Shown here piece after piece: positions 22,001-31,836 of a stretch of 64,000 nt of DNA. Both the position numbers and the translations under genes were made by a program. The notes beneath the pieces are model-generated. The model saw only the letters and a list, made by a program, of their open reading frames with translations, made no database searches and was not told the origin of the DNA. This DNA comes from Macrostomum lignano. Its lineage: Eukaryota. Numbering within the stretch: the first letter of the stretch is position 1; every line of letters begins with the position of its first letter. The stretch is taken from the NCBI GenBank assembly GCA_002269645.1, contig NIVC01001322.1:62001-126000 (forward strand), read 5' to 3'.

Positions 22001-24313
22001 AGGTCGTTGATTTCACTACGCCCTACATGAGCCTAGGCCTGAGCGTCATCATGAAAAAATCGAAGCAGGAGCCAGACCTGTTCCAATTCCTGCTGCCGTT
22101 CAGCAACCGAGTGTGGCTGTACATGGTGCTGGCGTGGCTGCTGACGGCTATCATAATGTACGCATGCGCCAGGTTGAGCCCCTACGAGTGGTACGCTCCA
22201 TCAGCCTGCGACCCGGTAGTGCAGAACCAGTTCAGTGCCCTCAACAGCCTCTGGTTCACCATCGGATCGCTGATGCAGCAGGGTGAGCGCCGATTCAAAC
22301 GGAAATAAGTCAAATTTCTAGGAAAAACTTTGCCGATCTTAAAGGAATGAAAATGTTTCCATGATAAATGAAAGAGGATTATTAAGTCTAAAAGTAACTC
22401 CCGACTCCTACAGGCTCCGACTTGGCACCCAGAGCGACATCCACACGAATGGTTGGCGCAGTCTGGTGGTTCTTTACGCTGATCCTCATTAGCAGCTACA
22501 CAGCCAACTTAGCCGCGTTTCTTACGGTGACACGCCTGAACGATATTTCCAGCATTGGCGATCTTGCCAGTCAAACAAGCATTAAGTACGGAACTCTCAT
22601 GGGCGGCTCTACTTATAACTTCTTCAAGGTGAGCTAATCAGGCATTCGCTTGTTAGAAAAACAAATTTACTAAAAACTATGAAATGCACTCTCCAATCTC
22701 AGAACTCAGAAATCTCTGTGTACAAAACAATGTGGGAGTCAATGAGCGGCTGGGCCAACACTAACGAATCTTTCATGTCGAAGACTTCGGAAGGAATTGA
22801 GAAAGTTCGTCGCGGCGGCTACGCCTACATTTTGGAGTCCACTTTTAATACCTACTACAGAGAGCGGGACTGCTCGTTGATGCAGGTGGGCACGATTTTC
22901 AATCCAATGAGCTATGCATTCGGCGTCAATCACGGCAGTGAGTTTTTATTTGAGCTTTAATTTGCTGCTTAAAATTGCACGCTTATATAAAGTGTTTCTT
23001 CTTTAATCGATTTTAACTTGCTCATAGGGGTTGTAGTCTAGTGGTTAGAGCGTCGGACTCAGGACTTGTAGGTCGGGGGTTCGATTCACGATCCCAACTG
23101 GAACAATTTGTGTCCTTCAGCAAGACACTTAATTCTGCATTGCTTCAGTTCACCCAGCTGTAAAATGGGTGCCAGCATTAGCTGGGGTAATTGAGGGTGT
23201 GCGTGGCGACCCCCCAGTCCTTGGACTGAACAGCCTTACGCAGCCTTCAGATGCGCCGCGCAAAAGCCCAGCTGTCGGTTGCACATCTGCCCATTAGGAT
23301 AGGCGTAATCAATTATATGAATATTATCTACATGTATCTATGAAGAGATAATAGTATACGCGCTCGTACGCTACCAAAATTCAAGCCCCATCTACTCGAG
23401 AGGCGTACTTAAAAATTTCAGTCGCAAAATAATTTTTCATCCCTGACCTCAAAAAACACTTAGACGTCGGACTGCGCGACCGCTTAACAGAAGAGATTCT
23501 GAAGCTGCAGAAAGAGCAGTTCATCGAAGGCCTGACAGAGAAATGGCTCAAGCGCTACAACGTTAGCCAACCGTGCAGCGATCAGGCCAGGAACGCGCAG
23601 GAGACGGGCACACTCGATGTAGACGCTGTTGGAGGCGTCTTCGTCTCGCTGCTCATTGGTCTGGCCATTGCGGCTGGGATCTGCTTCATCGAGCTCATTG
23701 TTCGCGCGGCGGTGGGTTCTAGAAAGCAAAAAGTAGGTTTTAATTGACTTAAGCAGTTTTTGCTTTTGAAGTATCCAGATACATAGGGAAGATGCTACAC
23801 GGGTTGGCATTAGTCTCGTAGCATTAGTCACAGCAAAGTCAAACTGGAGATCCACAAAGTAACGTAAAGTTATTTCTGTAGTTGCACTGCATACACCAAA
23901 TGCTAATTGTGTCGCATCAGCTTATTGAATACTCGCACGAAAATGCAATCAAATGAGGTAATGTGCGAACTATTTTACGTAAATGTTCGAGGAGTATAAA
24001 CTCGGGTATCGCTGTACTGCGTCTTTAACAGCAATATATTAAAATCAATGACTATTGCTAAACACAGATGAGCTTCCAAGAGATCGCACTAAAGCAAGTG
24101 AAGCTGGCTGTCTCCTGTTCCAACACAAACTCGCCAGCTAATGTCAACGATAGCAGGCTGCCGCCGTCTTCAGTGATTGCCGCTCGCGAAATTGCGACAG
24201 CCCAGCTGAACGAGACCTCGTCCTGTCTGCTTCCGCCGGAGCAGATGTCACACAGTCCTACCGGCGCTGCTAACGCCACTGCTATTACTCTTAGTAGCAA
24301 GGAGAAGCTTTGA
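16087..24313 (+). CDS. Ionotropic glutamate receptor, kainate-like (GRIK-like), ~860+ aa; 5' end unresolved
   Basis: Phase-consistent exons: ~16087(or 16130)-16408, 17867-18042, 18137-18190, 18321-18437, 20076-20258, 20342-20446, 20626-21015, 22003-22282, 22414-22628, 22703-22937, 23464-23732, 24068-24313. Motifs: ATD FYPD...W...LY, S1 [17 protein letters not shown]2 [12 protein letters not shown]3 [11 protein letters not shown]2 GGST / YILEST / EKW, M4 [12 protein letters not shown]. Confidence 0.95.
16462..17353. repeat. 59-bp minisatellite, ~15 copies, in an iGluR intron
   Basis: Unit CAGCCATGGACAGTGTGGTGGATCAGTGATTCTGTGTCTGCACTGGTGTGGCCTGACCT; near-identical copies. Confidence 0.98.
18540..19051 (-). 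mobile_element. Decayed IS630/Tc1/mariner-type transposase, N-terminal HTH region, in an iGluR intron
   Basis: MNSEDQ...[63 protein letters not shown] (frameshift) [28 protein letters not shown]. The pattern resembles paired-like HTH domains of ITm transposases. Stops and frameshifts present; no DDE domain seen. Confidence 0.65.
21625..21818 (-). mobile_element. SINE type A (CORE-like family), 3'-truncated, in an iGluR intron
   Basis: Reverse complement aligns with 23026-23225 along ~195 bp. Confidence 0.9.
23026..23320 (+). mobile_element. tRNA-derived SINE type A with CORE (MIR-like) domain, full length
   Basis: A box TAGTCTAGTGG, B box GGTTCGATTC. Central GTGTCCTTCAGCAAGACACTTAA...GCTTCAGTTCACCCAGCTGTAAAATGGG resembles the MIR CORE (GTGACCTTGGGCAAGTCACTTAA...GCCTCAGTTTCCTCATCTGTAAAATGGG, recalled from memory). 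Confidence 0.88.
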
Positions 24314-25129
24314 ATGCACGTTTTTTTCGTTTACAGGAGGCCGGTGCAGAGTTATTCGGAAACTGATTTCTCAATTTTCATAAGGCCTTATCCGTTATAA
24401 CCAACGATATATCCTGATGATTGCATGGTTCTAAGCTTGCTTTTGCTTCTAGTTTTCCCGGTAGAGAAGTCTCAAGTATTCATAGCTATAGCGGGGTCGG
24501 CAAACTCTCGCTCCGCCGATCACAAGATTTTAGTCTCTTCTCAGCTCTCTTCTCTTTTTTCTCTCCTCTCCACTTTTTTATCTCCTCTCATCATATCTCC
24601 CATCCCCTCTCTCGTCTCTCGTCATTCTCTCTCTACTATTTCTCCTTTATTCTCTCATCTGGCCCTCCGCAGTGATCTATATTTTTTCTGTCATTTTACC
24701 GACCCTTTTGCTCTTGCTCTAGTATACTATGCTCCAGTATCGGCGAGAAGCATTCAGTACGTTATCGTGCTCATCGAGACTGACAAAACCCCAAAAAATT
24801 CAAGCAAAGTAACAGTCCTTCCCATTATATAACCTCAACATATGGGAAAACATTTTATAAACTAGAAAGTAAGCTTTTTTCTGCCACAAATCCGTATATA
24901 TTTAAATGGCACTTTTGAAAATTAACATCTGATCTAGCGTATATACGATACTCGTACCAACATAATCGTCGAAGTTCAGTCGACAGCTATGCTTATTTTT
25001 AGTGCTAAAAGTACTGAGAAATTTGCGTCTGAATCAAAATTTCATAAAGTTATTATACTTGTACTGTTGCTAATTTGTGGTCCTTGGCTAAGTACTTCCA
25101 AGCTCTGTTTGCTTGCGCATGCAGCTCCT

Positions 25130-26135
25130 AAAAAAGCCAGGGGTTTAGCGGGCGGCGAGCCCCCCACTAGCCTTATGGAAGCCATGGTTTTAGCGGGCGG
25201 CGAGCCCCCACTAGCCTTATGGAAGCCATGGGTTTGGGGGGCGGCGAGCCCCTACTAGCCTTATGGAAGCCATGGGTTTGGGGGCGGCGAGCCCCTACTA
25301 GCCTTATGGAAGCCATGGGTTTGGGGGGCGGCGAGCCCCTACTAGCCTTATGGAAGCCATGGGTTTGGGGGGCGGCGAGCCCCTACTAGCCTTATGGAAG
25401 CCATGGGTTTGGGGGCGGCGAGCCCCCACTAGCCTTATGGAAGCCATGGGTTTGGGGGCGGCGAGCCCCCGATAGCCTTACGGAAGCCAGGGGTGTGGGG
25501 GCGGCGCCCCCCCCCCCCACTAGCCCTACAAAAGCCACGAGCTCCCTACTAGCCTTACGGAAGCCAGGGGTGTGGGGGCGGCGCCCACCCCCACTAGCCC
25601 TACAAAAGCCACGAGCTCCCTACTAGCCTTACGGAAGCCAGGGGTGTGGGGGCGGCGCCCCCCCCCACTAGCCCTACAAAAGCCACGAGCTCCCTACTAG
25701 CCTTACGGAAGCCAGGGGTGTGGGGGCGGCGCCCCCCCCCCCCACTAGCCCTACAAAAGCCACGAGCTCCCTACTAGCCTTACGGAAGCCAGGGGTGTGG
25801 GGTTTGGGGGGCGGCGAGACCCCCACTAGCCTTACAAAAGCCAGGGGTTTGGGGGGCGGCGAGACCCCCACTAGCCTTACAAAAGCCAGGGGTTTGGGGG
25901 GCGGCGAGACCCCCACTAGCCTTACAAAAGCCAGGGGTTTGGGGGGCGGCGAGACCCCCACTAGCCTTACAAAAGCCAGGGGTTTGGGGGGCGGCGAGAC
26001 CCCCACTAGCCTTACAAAAGCCAGGGGTTTGGGGGCGGCGAGACCCCCACTAGCCTTACAAAAGCCAGGGGTTTGGGGGGCGGCGAGACCCCCACTAGCC
26101 TTACAAAAGCCAGGGGTTTGGGGGGCGGCTCTAGT
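25130..26135. repeat. GC-rich 44-45-bp minisatellite with sub-blocks (GGGGGCGGCGAGACCCCCACTAGCCTTACAAAAGCCAGGGGTTTG)n
   Basis: Directly visible; three variant blocks, the middle one with a longer composite unit. Confidence 0.95.
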
Positions 26136-27025
26136 GTCTGCCTGAGTCTTATTTTATTGAGCTGATTTTGTTCTCTCTGCACCTGGGAACACAGATTTTT
26201 TAACAGAAAATTATAATTAGATTAAAATTAGATTACAAAAATTTATTAATTATTTTTTAGAACTGCTTCATTCGCTTTTGGTTAATAATTTTTTTATACT
26301 GTAGTTAGTTGCATGCATCAACTGCTTTCGATTAGCCTGGCTAAGCCGGTATCGCACTAATTTTTTGATTATGCAGTTACGAGTGTATATCAATACATCA
26401 AACATTACCGGCCGTATTTTCAGTTGGCTTTAACTGATAAATATTTAAATTTCGGTTAAAACTAAGTGTTACTGATTATTTAAAATACTAAAGTATCATA
26501 TTTTACACTGCTCTCCCAACCAAAGTTCACCCTGCACGCTTTTGACTCTTAATAAACGATTATTTCTGCTATGACATGCGTAGTGAATCAATTTCATTTT
26601 TTATCGCAAACCCTTGCTGATCATTACGAGAATGATCATTCATTTTTCAATAAATTAAAATCTGAAGCGCTCAAAAAGTGGCCAAACAATTCTTTGATGG
26701 TTGAGACTCGAAGTCCACCATCAGTTCAAATTTAATTACCCGGCTGAGTGCTAGGAGCGTACATGGCTTCAAAATTAATGCGCATATTCTCCTATCTGCT
26801 ACATAAAACCCCAATGAGTGCATTGCAATAGCTAGCTCTATAGCAATTCAAATTTCGGCTGAAGATGTACTTTAAATCGCATTAAAAGTTTAAAATTGCC
26901 AGAGCAGCTCAGGCAGATAAGAGTGTATATTGGCTTAACTTATTCCATGCTCAAAGAGTATTCTATGCTGCAGCTGGGAACAGGGCTGTAGTCTATGGCC
27001 TGAAGCTCCATGCCTCTTCTATTAG

Positions 27026-27298
27026 GCCCTGCCCCGGGCGATACCAAGGCGAGAAAGAAATTTCTCGGGCCAGCAACCGAACTCAAGCGGAGGAAATTCT
27101 ACTAGCAAAGTAACCGGCGGAGAAATGGCCAATGCTTCCAACTGCAAATGCGAGGGCTTACCGCCCTGCATGACTCTGCAGACCAGCAGCAACAACGGCC
27201 AGTCGTCCAAGCAAACCGGCGGCTGCCCGGCGGAGTACACCAACGGCGGAAACCGAGGCCAGTCTAAGGGCCGCAGCGGGGGCTGTCCCAGCTGTGCC

Positions 27299-27329
<31 letters not shown>

Positions 27330-27532
27330 CCCCGAAGTGCAAGCCGCCGAAGACTCCGCAGGCGAAGCCGGACCCAGCCCAGCGCCTATTCGATCGCTAC
27401 AACATCTGCTGCCCCGGCAAGAAGTGCCCGCCGCCGGAGCCGGGTCCGCAATGCTCAACTGGTCGCAGGCTGAAGAAGCACAAGAACGGATACGATTTGT
27501 ACGACACCGACATGCCCAGGCCTTCCTGCTAA
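27026..27532 (+). CDS. Orphan Cys/Pro/Gly-rich protein with a polyproline tract (135 aa from ATG 27125; frame open from the acceptor at 27025)
   Basis: GC-rich ORF in AT-rich surroundings, 13 Cys, P12 run, TAA at 27530-27532. Pyrimidine-rich acceptor CTCTTCTATTAG at 27014-27025 in phase 0. Confidence 0.7.
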
Positions 27533-28277
27533 CTCCGCCGATTCAGTTAAACCGAACCTTGTATGAAAAAGCTCGCGCAAAAACAGTTTCTCTTTCTTTT
27601 TCGGTGGCGAATTTAAATTAAACAAACGAGACCAAAATACAAACAAAAACACGAATTGAGTTTCAAATTTTATCAACGACCCGATTCTTTTTTAAACGTC
27701 ACTTTAGTGGAAAAAGGCTTCAGAGTTTGTTTCGTTATTTTTTGTCCCGCAAAGTAGTTTTTTTAAATAAGGCATCGCAATGAAAAAATATATGGAGTAA
27801 GGGATTAAAATGGGCAAACAACTAAGATTGGAAGCTATTTGTTGTTTAAAAATTGGAAAACTTTACACAATCAGTCGGCACCAGAACTACTTACTGAGTA
27901 AATCAACAGCATATAAAAATACAAAAAATATATACTGAGGCAGTAAAATTTCGATAAAACTTACAAAAATTTCTGGCAATCAAACCAATTAGTTTAGTAA
28001 AACAAAAAAATGTGAATGGGGCCATAATAACAATTTTGGTGCATTATATATATTAATGCAAAATATTTTGCGTTTTTCTTTGATGCGTCCGCTATAAATA
28101 TTAAAGTGATAATAAATGAATACAATACGGTTAAACTTTCACAGTTTTTGATATATAGTGTTAGAGTAATCAATCACGTCCGCTGCGTGTTCTTGTGATT
28201 TTTTTCCAATTAATCTTAAGCTACGTCCAAAAATTAATCATTTAGTCGTAGAAACGAGATTTCAGGGCTTCTCAGTT

Positions 28278-31200
28278 TTAGTTGTAGCCGCTGTTGTCCG
28301 CGCCGCCAATTCGCGAGCCGTCTCCGTTGTCAAGGCCGCTGGAAAGTATCAGAAGCCAATAAAAGTTTTTTGTCAATTTTGAGTTGGTGCTTTAAGGGGC
28401 TCGCCATGGATTTTATGGTGGGGGGCAAAGCCAAGAACTCTACATGTAAATGACTATACATTATTGCTACATGTACATTATTTTGATAAGCGGTGCTGTT
28501 AGCACGCATTTTGGCGCCGCAGGCAGGCTCTCATTCTGGGGACCGACGGTGGCGACACCCATGTGCGAGTTAGTAAATTCTACTCACGCGGCATTCTCGC
28601 GAGCCTCTCGATCGGCGATCAGCCGGTCAAGCTTCTCCTGGTAGCGCCGGCTGTCTGGCCAGTACTTCTGTACGGCTGGGCCCCATTCGGGCGCCTCGGC
28701 GGCGGCCGCCTGCATGGCCTCTTTGGCGCCGCGGATGCAGCTCTCATAAATGGCAAAGCCAGGGATGAACATAGCAGTGCTGATCATCATGAGCCAGGCC
28801 AGGGCTTCGCCCCAGTCGGTGAAGGGCTCGTCAGCGTAGCTTGAGCGGCCGTATTGAGTGAGTCCAAAGATCAGAATGAACTGCAGAGGGGGGTCGGAAA
28901 TTCTTTTATTCAGGTCTATTTAGCCTATATTTAACTTTGGTTAAGGTAAATTCAATGTTACTAGTGACAAAGTGACAGCACAAGTAACTAGTAGTAAGTG
29001 TTGAAAATTTTTAGTACAATTTTAGTACTTAGATAAATAAAAGCCTGGATTGCGATTGTCTGCCTTATATTTGGGGGTGCAATTTTACTTCGTGAAGCCC
29101 CGTTTGCGGCGATTGACTACTGAATCTTCATTCTTCAGAGCAATCCATGCTTTTTTCATCCATGGTTTTTGTAAAAGTCTTTTACTTACACCCATCATAA
29201 CAGGCGTGACAAACATCCAACAGCCGATCCAATACGGTCCGGGGTAGAAGCCAAGCATCATCTTGATGTCGCGGACGAACTTCTTGATGCCGTAGACGTA
29301 GCAAACTCCGAGTAGTTCGGCAAACGACACCAAGAACAAGTTGTAGTAGGCCGAGTAGTTGTTGAGCAGGGTGAACAGGTACATGCCGCCGGGACAGCAG
29401 ATCGGAATGCCCAGGAGGAACAAGATTACGCACACAACCATTTTAAACAGCGCCTCACGCTTGAACGTCTTCTTTAGCCAGGGCCATTCGTCGGCGAGGG
29501 CGGTGAGCACAGTTTCCATCATTGCGAACTGCGAGTCGAGTCCCAGAGTCAAGATCATGATGAAGAATAGGATGCTCCACAGAGGAGCAACCGGCATGGC
29601 GGCGAGGCCCTCCGGGTAGGCAATAAAAGCCAGGCCGGGACCTTGAGTTGCCACGTCGGCCACTGCCAGACCGGTCTTTTTGGCCATGAAACCGACCACC
29701 GAGAAGATGACAAACCCGGCGAATACAGAGGTGCCGCAGTTGATCACGGCAACCACAAGGGCGTCTCTGTTAATATGGGACAAACGGTTTAGTTTTTTAT
29801 TCTCACTAAAAACGAGTAGAAAAAACGATCTAATAAAGCCTACCTGTAGCAGTTGTTATGGAATCGATTGTAGCTGGCCATTGTCATCAGACCACCAAAA
29901 GCTACTCCCAATGAGTAGAAAATCTGAACAGCAGCGTCTGACCAAACCTGTAGGATTAAAGGATTGAGAATTCGATTTTAGCACTGTCACATCAGCACAA
30001 AGCTAGCCATAGTATAGCTAGGTATTCATATATTTAATTGTTTACCTTGGAGTCAGCGAGACGGTAAAAGTCCGGCTTCAGATAAAAGATAATACCGTCG
30101 AGAGCGCCTTCCAGAGTGGCGCCCCGAACCAGCAGAATGATCAAAACCACGTAGGGGAAGGTGGCTGTAAAATAGACGACCTGGAGATCGAGGACAGCGA
30201 AAGGTTGTACCGGATGTAATTTTTGGTGATTGCCAAATAGGAAACAAATAGTTTGTTACAAATAACAAACTTTTTGTCCCACTGTCTTTTTAATGATTTA
30301 ACTCACTTTGCCCGAAGACTTGATGCCCTTGACAAGGCAGACGTAGACAAGGATCCAGGCAAGCAGCAGGCACAGAGTCACGTGCCACTGCGGCACGCCG
30401 ATAAACTCGGTCATCTTCCTGTCCACGCCGGTGTAGCTGGTGTAGCCCAGCACCACGCGACTAAAAGTATGCAGGATAGGAATTGCTATTGCCCAGTTTT
30501 CGATGTTAAATAATAGAATTGCTTTATGGTCACTCACTCAAAGTATTGTTCGCTCGGTGTTTGGTACTTGGTGCAGTTCACGGTTATCGTTGCGTTGCAT
30601 GGCATAGGATTAGCTGAAATTCGGATGGATTAAAAAATATGAGATGAATAAATGAAAATTAATACATGGAAATTTATCCCTAATTTACATGATGACGTCC
30701 CTGATATCATGGACGCATAATCAGTTCATTTGTATTTGAAAGCCAATGACAAAATCGCAACTTACGGTTGAATCCGGCCTTCAGGTTTCCAGCCACATTG
30801 TGAGTCGCATTGGTGGTGTTCTGCGTCAGGTCGCGGCAGCGCAGATCATTCCATTCGTTGTCGCAGTTGCGCCAGGGCACGGCCGAGTTAAACGAGGCGA
30901 ATAGGTAGTACAGCGACCAGGCAATGATGATGTTATAATAGATGCAGACCAGAGCCGAGATGGACACCATGGCCCAGCCAGTGCCTGGCAGGTTAGGTCG
31001 GTTTCACGGTTCACGGTAAATTATATTTTGTTTATCGCAATTGTGAATTTCTAAGAATTTTTTTAAAAACAGATATTTGCGGGACGAGTTTCCAAACTGA
31101 CACTACCATGCATAATAAAATGTACCCCATCCCATACTCTCATGTAATGTGCCTATTATACTGTTCTAATCTAAGACAGAACTTTTTATAAATTTTGTTT

Positions 31201-31836
31201 TTCCAAGCCCCTGATCCAAGACTAACTTAGCATTAGCTACGAGAGAAGAGAACCCAGGTAACTTTTAATCAGGTGCAATTGCTGGCTACAATGTTAAGTC
31301 CGCATTTTTCTCATTATTAATTCATAGTGCGCTACTAACAGTAGAGATATAAAAAATCTTTTTTTAGATAATACAATAATAATAATAATAACATAGATGA
31401 AATAAAGTAAAAATTGAATTAAATTAAATTCTACTCACCCTTCAAGATAGGACTGGCCCGCCAGATAGTGACCGGCCCCAGATTGGCGAACTGTCCGAAC
31501 GACAGCTCGAAATAGAACAGCGGCAATCCGGCCACAGCCAACATGATGACGTACGGGATGAGGAAGGCGCCGCCTCCATTTGAGTAGCAGAGGTAGGGGA
31601 ATCGCCACACGTTGCCAAGACCGACGGCGAATCCGATAGCAGAGAGGATGAAGTCGAACCGGCCGGTCCAGTTGCCGCGCTCCTTGTTCTCGTCGCCGCC
31701 CTCCTCGCCAGGCATGCCCTCCATGTTAGTCGAGCCCATAGGCTGCATATCCAGGCCGCTGCCGCCTTGGAACTCTTGCTGGAATTCGAGTTTCACCACG
31801 GATTTGTAGTTATCGTGGCAGAATTGCCTTTCAAGT
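28278..31836 (-). CDS. SLC6 Na+/Cl- amino-acid transporter, proline transporter (PROT/SLC6A7)-like, ~642 aa from ATG 31748
   Basis: Phase-consistent exons: 31836(31748)-31439, 30984-30766, 30613-30538, 30460-30307, 30180-30046, 29947-29844, 29766-29190, 28880-28588, 28338-28278. Motifs: [24 protein letters not shown] (Gly rather than Asp, so not a monoamine transporter), [19 protein letters not shown]. Confidence 0.95.

Noticed and set aside
22283-22413. Editing-complementary sequence for the Q/R site
   Set aside because: No complement to ATCGGATCGCTGATGCAGCAGG is visible in this intron.
27125-27532. Minicollagen or formin/WASP identity for the Cys/polyproline ORF
   Set aside because: No Gly-X-Y run, no canonical minicollagen Cys spacing, and no FH2 or WH2 domain.
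28396-28560. Small MITE in the last SLC6 intron (GGGGCTCGCCA ... TGGCGACACCC)
   Set aside because: Only a short imperfect inverted pair with no TSD found; unsupported without other copies.
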